DNA of 64,000 bases from Flavobacteriales bacterium (GTDB taxonomy: Bacteria; Bacteroidota; Bacteroidia; Flavobacteriales; TMED113): NCBI GenBank assembly GCA_002718895.1, contig PBGD01000002.1, positions 800 through 64,799 of the forward strand, in the 5' to 3' direction. The position numbers and the translations under genes were made by a program. Shown here in pieces: positions 1 through 9,820 of this stretch. Positions within the stretch are counted from its first letter, which is position 1, and each line of letters opens with the position of its first letter. The notes below the pieces were generated by a model. That model was not told the origin of the DNA and made no database searches. It saw only the letters and a list, made by a program, of their open reading frames with translations.

Positions 1-1352
1 ACTCAGAAGACATTTCTGAATTAGTAGCAGGAACCTATTCTCTTACAGTTACTGACGAAAATGAATGTATTCAATCTGCATTTTTTGAAATAACAGAACC
101 CAGTGCTTTAGAAATTTCTGAAATACATTCTGATTATAATAGCTTTGGAGTTTCTTGCTATAATGGTGATGATGGATATATTGATATTACAGTGACAGGT
201 GGAACTGGTGTTTACTCTTATCAATGGGAAAATGGTAACAACTCAGAAGATCTAAGTAATTTAACAAGTGGATACTACTCCGTAATTGCAACTGATCAAA
301 ATGGTTGTAGCGTAGGTATTAGTCATGAAATTACTGAACCATCAGAAATAACAGTTTCTGAAACAATTTCAAATTATAATGGATACGGAGTTTCTTGTAA
401 TGGAGAAAATGATGGGTATATTGAAATTGAAGTATCTGGAGGATATGGATTATATTCATTTGAATGGTCTAATGGTGATATTTCTGAATCAACTTCAAAC
501 TGCAGTTTAGAACAAATTAATGCAGGTACATATACTGTTCTAATTAAAGATGAGAATAATTGTTATAAAAGTATTGATTTTGAAATTACTGAACCTGAAA
601 TTTTGTTTTTTTCCACTGAAAATTCAGAGTGCATTGAAGAATACGGTGAAATAAATATTAATAATATTTCAGGAGGTACTGGACCTTATCAATATAAAAT
701 AAATGAAGGATTTTTCACAGATAATAGTATATTTACAAATCTAAATGAAGGTAATTATAGTGTGACTGTTATTGATCAAAATGGATGTTCATCTACTGAA
801 AACTTTACACTAAATGCAAAACCAATTGCAAATTTTTCAATTAGTGAAACACAATTTTATATTTCAGATAACCCAATATATTTTTATGATCAAACTATTG
901 ATTTAAATATTGATTCATGGATTTGGGATTTTGGTAATGGTAGCTCATCAAATGAACAAAACCCATCCTATACATATAAAGAACCTGGAGTCTATTATGT
1001 GAAATTATCTATTACTGATCAATATGGTTGTGAAGATCAAATTATCAAAAAAATTGAGGCACTATACGAATACTACTCATACACACCTAATATATTTACG
1101 CCTAATGGTGATGGAATTAATGATATTTTTCAACCATCAATTTTAAATATAAATAGAAACACTTATACATTGTTTATATATGATAGATGGGGGAATACTA
1201 TATATAAAACGAGTAAGTATGAAGAAGGATGGGATGGAAAAATTGACAATGGAGAACTACTACCTCCCGACACTTATAATTATAAAATTATTTTCGAAAC
1301 AAAAACTGGCAAACAAAAACAAGAGATTGGCAGATTTATAATGGCTCAATAA
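1..1352 (+). CDS. 5'-truncated cell-surface protein with SprB-type repeats, a PKD-like domain and a T9SS type B (gliding-motility CHU_C) C-terminal domain
   Basis: The frame is open from position 3 with no stop, so the GTG at 192 is internal. Repeated ~75-aa modules carry G(Y/F)GVSC.G..DG.I.I.V.GG.G.Y.Y.W. The C-terminus reads YTPNIFTPNGDGINDIFQP...YDRWGN.IY...WDG...G..LP.DTY.Y, which is the type B sorting-domain signature. Confidence 0.75.
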   Translation, partial: SEDISELVAGTYSLTVTDENECIQSAFFEITEPSALEISEIHSDYNSFGVSCYNGDDGYIDITVTGGTGVYSYQWENGNNSEDLSNLTSGYYSVIATDQNGCSVGISHEITEPSEITVSETISNYNGYGVSCNGENDGYIEIEVSGGYGLYSFEWSNGDISESTSNCSLEQINAGTYTVLIKDENNCYKSIDFEITEPEILFFSTENSECIEEYGEININNISGGTGPYQYKINEGFFTDNSIFTNLNEGNYSVTVIDQNGCSSTENFTLNAKPIANFSISETQFYISDNPIYFYDQTIDLNIDSWIWDFGNGSSSNEQNPSYTYKEPGVYYVKLSITDQYGCEDQIIKKIEALYEYYSYTPNIFTPNGDGINDIFQPSILNINRNTYTLFIYDRWGNTIYKTSKYEEGWDGKIDNGELLPPDTYNYKIIFETKTGKQKQEIGRFIMAQ

Positions 1353-1358
1353 TCATTT

Positions 1359-3311
1359 TTAAACATCTATTTTTGCATATTTTGCATTTTCTTCAATGAA
1401 AGCACGTCTAGGGGGAACATCATCACCCATAAGCATAGAAAAGACCCTATCCGCTTCAGCAGCATTTTGAATAGTAACCTGTCGTAATGTTCGTTGATCT
1501 GGGTGCATTGTAGTGTCCCATAATTGAGATGCATTCATTTCTCCAAGCCCCTTATATCTTTGAATATTAACTTTGCTATCTTTCGAGCCTTTTAGTTCTT
1601 TAACAACATTGTCTCTTTCTTGATCTGTCCAACAATATCTTTGGGTTGTACCACGTTTAACTAGATATAATGGAGGAGTAGCAATATAAACATATCCACT
1701 TTCTACTAGCTCTTTCATATATCTGAAGAAAAAGGTTAGGATTAGAGTAGCGATATGACTACCATCCACATCTGCATCACACATAACAACAATTTTATGA
1801 TATCTTAATTTATCTAAATTTAGGGCTCTATCATCGTCCTCTGTTCCAACAGAAACACCTAAAGCAGTAAACATATTTTTAATTTCTTCATTTTCAAATA
1901 CCCTATAAGGCATAGCCTTTTCCACATTTAAAATCTTACCTCTTAATGGTAAAATCGCTTGAAATGCACGATCCCTACCTTGTTTTGCAGTACCACCAGC
2001 TGAATCCCCCTCTACTAAAAATATTTCACAAAGTTCAGGGTTAGTTTCAGAACAGTCTGATAATTTACCTGGCAACCCAGTAGAAGACATAACTGTTTTT
2101 CTTTGAACTAACTCTCTAGCTTTAGCAGCAGCATTTCTTGCTGTTGCAGCTAAAATTACTTTTTGAACTATTTTTTTGGCTTGCTCTGGATTTTCTTCTA
2201 AATAAAAAGTGAGCATATCACTAACAGACTGAGACACTGCTGTAGTGACTTCTTTATTTCCTAATTTTGTCTTGGTTTGTCCTTCAAATTGAGGCTCCAT
2301 TACTTTTACAGAAATAATAGCAGTTAATCCTTCTCTAAAATCATCGCCTGAAATTTCAAATTTTACTTTCTTAAGTAAACCGGAGTCATCTGCGTATTTT
2401 TTAAGTGTACGAGTGAGTCCTCTTTTAAATCCTGAAAGATGAGTTCCTCCTTCATGGGTATTAATATTATTTACATATGAAAACACATTTTCAGTATATG
2501 AGGTGTTATATACCATCGCCACTTCAACGGGAATACCATCTTTTTCTCCATCTATGTAGATAACATCACTTAAAATGGAATCTCTTGTTGAATCAAGAAA
2601 CTCGACAAATTCTTTCAAACCTCTTTCAGAGTAAAACGATTCCTTAACAAATTCACCATTTTCATCTTTTCGTCTTTTATCTGTTATAGAAAGATGTACT
2701 CCTTTATTTAAATAAGCTAATTCCCTTAAACGTGCAACTAAAACATCATAGCGATAAACTATATCTTCAAAAATTGAAGCATCTGGTTGAAAAGTGACAA
2801 AAGTTCCTGTTTTATCCGTAGATCCTATTTCCCTAACATCATACTTAGGCACTCCAATTTTGTATTCTTGTTCAAATATTTTACCATCTCTATGCACTTC
2901 AACTCTTAAATTAGAAGACAATGCATTAACACATGAAACACCAACACCATGAAGTCCACCTGAAACTTTATATGAACCTTTATCAAACTTACCACCAGCA
3001 TGGAGCACGGTCATAACAACTTCAAGGGCTGATCTACCTTCTTTTTCATGAATCCCTGTTGGAATTCCCCTACCATTATCTGAAACTGTAATTGAATTAT
3101 TTTCATTAATAAAACAATCAATATGTGAGCAATGACCTGCTAAAGCTTCGTCAATTGAATTATCAACAACTTCATAAACTAAGTGATGTAAGCCCTTTTG
3201 TCCAATGTCACCGATATACATTGCAGGTCTTTTTCTAACAGCTTCTAAACCTTCTAAAACTTGAATACTTCCAGCAGAATACTGGGGGGGGGTTTGACTA
3301 TTTGGATCCAT
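1359..3311 (-). CDS. gyrB: DNA gyrase subunit B
   Basis: 650-aa ORF with GHKL ATPase and Toprim motifs: LEGLEAVRKRPAMYIGD, HHLVYEVVDNSIDEA, GGLHGVG, LVEGDSAGG, PLRGKILNVEKA, DADVDGSHI. Confidence 0.97.
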   Translation of the reverse strand: MDPNSQTPPQYSAGSIQVLEGLEAVRKRPAMYIGDIGQKGLHHLVYEVVDNSIDEALAGHCSHIDCFINENNSITVSDNGRGIPTGIHEKEGRSALEVVMTVLHAGGKFDKGSYKVSGGLHGVGVSCVNALSSNLRVEVHRDGKIFEQEYKIGVPKYDVREIGSTDKTGTFVTFQPDASIFEDIVYRYDVLVARLRELAYLNKGVHLSITDKRRKDENGEFVKESFYSERGLKEFVEFLDSTRDSILSDVIYIDGEKDGIPVEVAMVYNTSYTENVFSYVNNINTHEGGTHLSGFKRGLTRTLKKYADDSGLLKKVKFEISGDDFREGLTAIISVKVMEPQFEGQTKTKLGNKEVTTAVSQSVSDMLTFYLEENPEQAKKIVQKVILAATARNAAAKARELVQRKTVMSSTGLPGKLSDCSETNPELCEIFLVEGDSAGGTAKQGRDRAFQAILPLRGKILNVEKAMPYRVFENEEIKNMFTALGVSVGTEDDDRALNLDKLRYHKIVVMCDADVDGSHIATLILTFFFRYMKELVESGYVYIATPPLYLVKRGTTQRYCWTDQERDNVVKELKGSKDSKVNIQRYKGLGEMNASQLWDTTMHPDQRTLRQVTIQNAAEADRVFSMLMGDDVPPRRAFIEENAKYAKIDV

Positions 3312-3401
3312 AATTTGAGATTAAAATTATCTTAACTAAATATAATAAATTAATAGCATTAATTATCTTGTTTTAAAAGAAAAAAAACAATTTCTTTTTA
3401 A

Positions 3402-5165
3402 CTAAAATTTACAGGATAATCCTACACTAAACCTAACTCCGTCATCATTAAAATAACCATCATAAAAGTGTAATTTTTGATTTAATATATTTTGCCATAT
3501 TAATGAGATTTTGATATTATTTAGAAAATAAATAAGAGTTAAATTTGAATTAACTTGTGCAGGAACAGTTAAATGATTTAAATCATAATCATTTACTCTT
3601 AGAAAATCTTTTTTTGTACAAAAAAAGAAATTTGAAATTATTAGAGAATTATCTGTAATTTTAAGTTGAATACTAGAACTCAAATCAAGAGTTGGAAATA
3701 ATTTTAATTGCTCATAATTGTTTGATTTGATTCCATTATATTTTCCATTAATGATAATTTCTATTATATCAGTATCATATTTCAATGTAGATGATATCTT
3801 TAAACCTGTAAAATCCAATAAATAGACTTCAAGTGGATTTATGAAAATTGAATGAGTCTCTAAATCCGAGTTCATAGGATTATTATTTCTCCTGAACAAA
3901 ATCGGTATAATATGATCTTCAATTAGCAAATAACTAAAATCAAGATTAAACATCATTGAATTAGATATTTTTTTATCAAAAATAAAACTTGTAATTGTTT
4001 CTTCTGATAATGAGTTCCGATAAAAATAACTAATATATGGAGCGAAAGAATATAGTTGATTAAGAGTATTATAATTCAGTCTTTTATAAAGCAAAAACTT
4101 AATAGTTTGGTTATTATTAAAGCGTTTACTAAAATTAAAATCAGGAAAAAAAACATATTGCATACTCACATCTTTTTCATCACCATTTAAATCGATATTT
4201 TGAAAGTAACTAAAATTAAATCCTAAACTATAATTGATTTTTTTTTCTCCTGAAATTAAAAAGCTATTTGAAAATCCAAAATCATTTAATTTTTCAGCAA
4301 AAGTTGTAGAAAAATTAGAAGCTACTGTATGGTTAAGTAAATTAAAATCTTCTATATATAGATTTTGGTCTAATGACATATGGGAACGAGTAAAATAAAA
4401 ATTTGAAATCAAAGAATAAGTTCTTAATGCTTTTTTCATTTCAAACTCAAATGAACTATAAAGAGAAATATCATTTCTACTGTAATTATTATTCAAATTA
4501 TTTAAATAGACTTTTGATGACTTAAAATATGAATCATTAGATTTTTTTGCAAAAGATAATTTCAAATCAATTTCATTAATAATATAATTATTTATTGAAC
4601 TAATTGGAAAAGAGCTTAACCCTCCCCAATATAAACCAGAATATTTTTGAAAACTTAAAGCTGATTCTAAAACACTATTTGTCAAAAACCTATTGCTATA
4701 AAATCCAAGCATACTATTTAACTTTCCGTCATAATCCATATAATAAGGTGAACGTATACCGTAATCTTTACTCAAATGCTCAAAAAATACCCCACTATTG
4801 TGACTTACAGATGGTGAATTGGATAAATGAAATTTTGCCTTTAGAAATTTAGAAGAACCATAATCTAAGTAAAAGAATTTTTTATAGTAATTTCTCAAAA
4901 AATTAATCCTATTTTTTTGGTTAATTTTTGTTACGATATGATCGTTGAAAATTACATTTTCATCTAACACATTGTGCTTAGAAATAATTTTTTTTGACAA
5001 TGAATCATTAAAAAATGGCTGATAACCTATTTTAGTACTTTTAGGAACAAGTGGAATGTAATCCTTATACACATCAATAACTTCAATACGAAGTTTTTCA
5101 TCTTGTGAAAAAACAAGTATTGGTAGTATTGTTAAAACTAAAGTATAAAAGAACTTATTCATCAA
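3402..5165 (-). CDS. Secreted hypothetical protein, probably an outer-membrane beta-barrel (putative-porin-like)
   Basis: Signal peptide MMNKFFYTLVLTILPILVFSQ. Asn/Tyr/Ser/Phe-rich sequence with an alternating pattern and a C-terminal aromatic residue (SCKF). Starts 2 nt after the upstream TPR gene ends. The family assignment is from memory only. Confidence 0.45.
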   Translation of the reverse strand: MMNKFFYTLVLTILPILVFSQDEKLRIEVIDVYKDYIPLVPKSTKIGYQPFFNDSLSKKIISKHNVLDENVIFNDHIVTKINQKNRINFLRNYYKKFFYLDYGSSKFLKAKFHLSNSPSVSHNSGVFFEHLSKDYGIRSPYYMDYDGKLNSMLGFYSNRFLTNSVLESALSFQKYSGLYWGGLSSFPISSINNYIINEIDLKLSFAKKSNDSYFKSSKVYLNNLNNNYSRNDISLYSSFEFEMKKALRTYSLISNFYFTRSHMSLDQNLYIEDFNLLNHTVASNFSTTFAEKLNDFGFSNSFLISGEKKINYSLGFNFSYFQNIDLNGDEKDVSMQYVFFPDFNFSKRFNNNQTIKFLLYKRLNYNTLNQLYSFAPYISYFYRNSLSEETITSFIFDKKISNSMMFNLDFSYLLIEDHIIPILFRRNNNPMNSDLETHSIFINPLEVYLLDFTGLKISSTLKYDTDIIEIIINGKYNGIKSNNYEQLKLFPTLDLSSSIQLKITDNSLIISNFFFCTKKDFLRVNDYDLNHLTVPAQVNSNLTLIYFLNNIKISLIWQNILNQKLHFYDGYFNDDGVRFSVGLSCKF

Positions 5166-5166
5166 T

Positions 5167-8124
5167 TCATTGATTTATCAAATCCATTTTCAAATCAGGA
5201 TAATTATTTAATAATAAGTCTATTTCATTCATAATTAATGAATTATTAGATTTTTTTTTCAACTCGTTTAAAACATGCTGTGCTTGGAACATATCTTTTT
5301 CCTGTATATAATTTTTAGACAATAACAATAAAGATTTATCCACCCAGTTAGTATATCCTGGAAGTAAATTAATAAGTTCAAAAATACACTTTTGAGAATC
5401 TTTATAATTTTGCAAATTATAATGAATTAGAGCACTAAAATATAATGATTCTGCCTTTAATTTTCCACCACTGTTTTCTGATATCCATTTAAACTTTTCA
5501 ATTGATCTTAAATTTAGATCAGTTTTATATAATGAATATGCAAATAAATAATTCATCCTGACTTTCTTTTCTCCAGAAAAAAATGATTCATTGAATGAAT
5601 TATCAATATAATTAACTATTTCAGCATATTTATATAGTGCAAATTTTGATTCAACAAAACCAATTATAGCTTCTTGTTTTAAATTAACAGTGGAAGCCAA
5701 ATCAATTAATTTTTTATAATAACTTTCAGAAGAAATATAGTTTTCCAATTCAAAACTCATTTGTGCTAAGCTTGCCAAACTTTCTACAGTATATCGATTT
5801 TCTTCCTGATTTACTATATGTTTTAACACTTCGATTGCATCTTGCTGATTACCATTTTTTTCAAATGATTTAAATAAATAATAATTTGCTTGTAATGAAA
5901 AGATTCCAGCAGGATAATAGAGTAAATATGATTGCAAAGATTCAATAGCATTATCATAATTTGCTTGCATATATTGTAACTCTGCCGAATAATAAGTTGA
6001 AGAGTCTAGTTCAGATTTGGTATAGTCATGATCTATATTCTTAATTAACTCTAAAAATTTGTCAACTTTTCCTATTTCAGTATATATGTTTTTAATAGTT
6101 GATAAAGCTTGTTCATACACATTACTGCTTGGGGAATTAGAGATAAGTTGTTCAAGAACATCAATTGCAAGAACATCTTCTCCTTTCAAATGATATACTA
6201 AGCCTAATTTTAATTTAGAGTAGCTAAAGTAAAGACTTTGAGGAAAATTATTAATAATACTTAGGAACGTATTAGTAGCTAGATCTAAATTTCTAGTTTG
6301 TATATATATATTTCCTAAGTCAAACATAGCTTCATCAACAAAATTCGAATTTGGAAATTTTTCAAAAATATATTTAATTGACTGGATTGCATTATCATAG
6401 TCTTTTAACAAAGAAAATGAAACACTTTTTTTATAAGCACAATAGTCATTTTGTTCACCAGATTGATCTAAAGATTTAGAGTAAAATTGCGTGGCAAGTT
6501 GAAAGTTTTTTAATAAAAAATAACAATCTCCTATTCTAGCATAGGTATCATGTGAAATTTCTGCATTTTGATTTTGTACAATTGAATACTTAAAACTATT
6601 AATTGCATTTACATAATCTTTTAGCTCAAAATAACAATAGCCAAGTGAATATAAACTTTGATTATATAATTGAGAAGATTGTGAGATTTGAGTAAATGAT
6701 AGCACAGCATTTAGATATTCATTCATTTTATAATATGCCTCACCTTTCCAATAAAAACATTTATTAATCAAATCACTTACATTTCCAACATCAATTGATT
6801 TATCAAAATAAATAATTGCATCTTTATAAAAACCATCATTAAATAACTGAACTGCTCTATAAAAACATATCTTTTGATATTGTTCTTTTACAGATTTATC
6901 ATTAAAACCACTCTTTTCAAGAACACTAATTGCATGATCATAATTGTGAGTAATAAGATGTATATTTGCCAAACAAGTGTAAATTTCATCTTTATATTTT
7001 GAATCTGGATATAGATCAAGGAATTCATTTAAATAGTGAATAGGGTTATATAAAGGGTGATCATGTTCATAACATAATCTAACGAATTGATAAAAAGCAT
7101 CATGTTGAATCAAAGAATCAGACTCTATTAGTGAAGCTGATCTAAATGCATTCATTGCTTCCAAGTGATTATTTGTTCGTTTATAACTATCACCTAAAAA
7201 GTAAAAACCATATTGAGTTATACTATCTTTTTCTGTTAAAGTAATTTTATTTAGATGATTGATTGCAAAACCAAATAACCCTTTTTTATAGTAAGAGTAA
7301 CCAATTTGGTAAAGATCAGATTTATATAATGTATCGGCTAAGATTTTATATTCTTCAAAATATACTATTGCAGGATCGTATTTTTTTAAATTATATAAAG
7401 ATTTTGCATATATTAATAGCATATCTTGATAATTGCTTAAAGTATCTATCAACGAAGAATCAAGATGATTAACAACCTGACTATAATCACCTAAATCAAA
7501 TAAAATTTTTGAAATATAATATTGTATTTCATTCTTGACATTGTGTGAACCTTGTAAAGATTTGAATCCAGATAATGCATCTAACAACTCTCCTTCATGT
7601 AATAAAATAATAGAATGATAAAATACAGATAGTTCTTTATAAAGTGTATTTTTTGAATTAAACAATTCATAAAAACTGCTCTTTGCCAAATCTAATTTAT
7701 TATTTTCAAAAGCACTGTAAGCCAAATAAAAAAAAGCTTTATCCTTATATGGGTGATCTAGTTGATAAATACTTGACTCAATTAAAAGACTAGTAACTTC
7801 TTTGAATTTTTTTTTCTCAAAAAGAAATTCACTCATATAAAAAGTTGCCCAAAGCCTTTTAGAGCTATGCGGAAATTTAGTCAAAAAGTCTTGATAAATT
7901 TTTTCTGTGTCAGAATGATATAATTTTAATGATGATAAATAATAATAGTAATAAGCCTCTTCCAACAAATGACTATTATTATCAATTATAGATTGAAAGT
8001 AAGATCTGGATAAATTATAGTCTTTGTTATAAAAGTAATCCATACCCTGGTATAAAGAACTATTTAAATCTTGAGAAAAAGAAAAATTAAAAAATAAGAC
8101 AAATACTAAAAATATTCTATTCAT
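5167..8124 (-). CDS. Large secreted tetratricopeptide-repeat (TPR) protein
   Basis: 985 aa. Signal peptide MNRIFLVFVLFFNFSFSQ. Many 34-aa TPR-like units (A..Y..G..Y....Y..A...F) along the whole length. Confidence 0.75.
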   Translation of the reverse strand: MNRIFLVFVLFFNFSFSQDLNSSLYQGMDYFYNKDYNLSRSYFQSIIDNNSHLLEEAYYYYYLSSLKLYHSDTEKIYQDFLTKFPHSSKRLWATFYMSEFLFEKKKFKEVTSLLIESSIYQLDHPYKDKAFFYLAYSAFENNKLDLAKSSFYELFNSKNTLYKELSVFYHSIILLHEGELLDALSGFKSLQGSHNVKNEIQYYISKILFDLGDYSQVVNHLDSSLIDTLSNYQDMLLIYAKSLYNLKKYDPAIVYFEEYKILADTLYKSDLYQIGYSYYKKGLFGFAINHLNKITLTEKDSITQYGFYFLGDSYKRTNNHLEAMNAFRSASLIESDSLIQHDAFYQFVRLCYEHDHPLYNPIHYLNEFLDLYPDSKYKDEIYTCLANIHLITHNYDHAISVLEKSGFNDKSVKEQYQKICFYRAVQLFNDGFYKDAIIYFDKSIDVGNVSDLINKCFYWKGEAYYKMNEYLNAVLSFTQISQSSQLYNQSLYSLGYCYFELKDYVNAINSFKYSIVQNQNAEISHDTYARIGDCYFLLKNFQLATQFYSKSLDQSGEQNDYCAYKKSVSFSLLKDYDNAIQSIKYIFEKFPNSNFVDEAMFDLGNIYIQTRNLDLATNTFLSIINNFPQSLYFSYSKLKLGLVYHLKGEDVLAIDVLEQLISNSPSSNVYEQALSTIKNIYTEIGKVDKFLELIKNIDHDYTKSELDSSTYYSAELQYMQANYDNAIESLQSYLLYYPAGIFSLQANYYLFKSFEKNGNQQDAIEVLKHIVNQEENRYTVESLASLAQMSFELENYISSESYYKKLIDLASTVNLKQEAIIGFVESKFALYKYAEIVNYIDNSFNESFFSGEKKVRMNYLFAYSLYKTDLNLRSIEKFKWISENSGGKLKAESLYFSALIHYNLQNYKDSQKCIFELINLLPGYTNWVDKSLLLLSKNYIQEKDMFQAQHVLNELKKKSNNSLIMNEIDLLLNNYPDLKMDLINQ

Positions 8125-8224
8125 ACTAATTCAAACATAAGTTTAATATAGAAATATTCAATACAAAAAATTAAATTTAATTTTAACAAAATATTTAAAT
8201 AACAATGTAATTTATTTAATTATT

Positions 8225-8232
8225 TAAATTTG
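8225..8232 (+). promoter_or_regulatory. Candidate Bacteroidota -7 promoter box (TAAATTTG) for ftsE
   Basis: Matches the TAnnTTTG consensus about 30 nt upstream of the ftsE ATG. I found no clear -33 TTG. Confidence 0.3.
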
Positions 8233-8262
8233 TAATCATAATTTAAATTAAATATCCTGTAA

Positions 8263-8934
8263 ATGGACATAAATAACAATGTAATTTATTTAGAAAAAAC
8301 AAATATATATCAACGCAAACATTTAATTCTTAAAAATGTTTCATTCAAAATTAATCTCGGTGAATTTGTTTATTTAATAGGTAAAACAGGAAGTGGTAAA
8401 AGCAGCTTACTTAAAACTCTCTACGGTGATCTAAAAATACAATCAGGAAATGGTAGTATAGTTGGATATGATCTTAGAAAATTAAGTGAGAAAGATATTC
8501 CTTTTTTAAGGAGAAAAATTGGAATCATTTTTCAAGATTTCCAACTTTTAGATGACCGATCTGTCTTTGATAACTTATTATTTGTAATGCATGCAACATC
8601 ATGGAAAGACGAAAAGAAAATAAATCAGCGAATTTCTGAAGTTTTAGAATTAGTCAAAATGTCAACGAAAGCCCACAAATATCCTCATCAACTTTCTGGC
8701 GGCGAACAACAAAGAATTGTAATAGCAAGAGCACTACTTAACAGACCTCAATTAATTTTAGCTGACGAACCTACTGGCAACTTAGATCCAGAAACATCTG
8801 AAGAAATCATAGAACTCCTACAAGACCTTACATCTGAAAAAACTGTATTAATGGCATCACATGACAAATATTTGATGGACAAATACCCAAAAAGAACTAT
8901 TATTTGTTCCAAAAATCAAGTTCTACAAAAATAA
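8263..8934 (+). CDS. ftsE: Cell-division ABC transporter ATP-binding protein FtsE
   Basis: Walker A GKTGSGKSS, ABC signature LSGGEQQR, Walker B LILADEPTGNLD. Stand-alone 223-aa NBD, which is typical FtsE size. Confidence 0.8.
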   Translation: MDINNNVIYLEKTNIYQRKHLILKNVSFKINLGEFVYLIGKTGSGKSSLLKTLYGDLKIQSGNGSIVGYDLRKLSEKDIPFLRRKIGIIFQDFQLLDDRSVFDNLLFVMHATSWKDEKKINQRISEVLELVKMSTKAHKYPHQLSGGEQQRIVIARALLNRPQLILADEPTGNLDPETSEEIIELLQDLTSEKTVLMASHDKYLMDKYPKRTIICSKNQVLQK

Positions 8935-8935
8935 T

Positions 8936-9820
8936 ATGCATCTATCAATTCTTATACCTTGCTACAATTGGGATGTTTTTGATTTCATTAATCAACTTCA
9001 TAACTTATGTGTGAAGGAAAAAAAAATAATCAATTTTGAAATTATCTGTTATGAAGACGCCTCTCGTCATACATACTCAAATAATTTAATAGAAAATCTT
9101 AAAAATGTAAAGTATCTAAATTTTAAAAAAAATATTGGACGATCATCTATAAGAAATCAACTAGGTGCTGATGCAAAATACGAATGGTTATTATTTATTG
9201 ATTGTGATTCCAAAATAGCAGGCAATGATTTTTTAAAAAAATATATTAATGCTGCAAGTAAAAGAAAATCAAAAAAAACTGTGTTTTACGGACCAACAAT
9301 TTATGAAAAAAATATCGTTGATGAGAATACGAAACTCCATTACAAATATGGAAATTTAGTAGAAACCAAAATGAAAAAAAATAATTTTTCATCACATCAT
9401 TTTTTAATTCATAAAAATCAATTTATAAAAAATCAATTTGATAATAAAATTACAACTTATGGATATGAAGATGTATTGTTTTCAACTTTTTCTAATTTAG
9501 AATTTAAATACATCAACAATCCTCTATTTCATATTGGAATAAAAACTAATGAAGTTTATTTAAGTGACACAGAAAAAGCTATCACAAATTTAGCTAATTA
9601 TGCAAATGAAATACAGATTAATAAAAAGGTAAAAATTCTTAAATATTTTAAAATATTTGAAAAGTTAAATCTGTCTAAGATTATATTAATTATTTATAAT
9701 TTAACTGAAAATAAAATTATAAAAAATTTAAATTCTACTAATCCAAAAATTTGCTTGTTTCAATTTTACAAACTAGGATTATTAATCAGGCAGATTAAGA
9801 AATTAAAAAAGAGTCAGTAG
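8936..9820 (+). CDS. Glycosyltransferase family 2
   Basis: N-terminal LSILIPCYNW (GT2 IIP.YN motif) and the Asp-containing stretch LLFIDCDS. Confidence 0.6.
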   Translation: MHLSILIPCYNWDVFDFINQLHNLCVKEKKIINFEIICYEDASRHTYSNNLIENLKNVKYLNFKKNIGRSSIRNQLGADAKYEWLLFIDCDSKIAGNDFLKKYINAASKRKSKKTVFYGPTIYEKNIVDENTKLHYKYGNLVETKMKKNNFSSHHFLIHKNQFIKNQFDNKITTYGYEDVLFSTFSNLEFKYINNPLFHIGIKTNEVYLSDTEKAITNLANYANEIQINKKVKILKYFKIFEKLNLSKIILIIYNLTENKIIKNLNSTNPKICLFQFYKLGLLIRQIKKLKKSQ

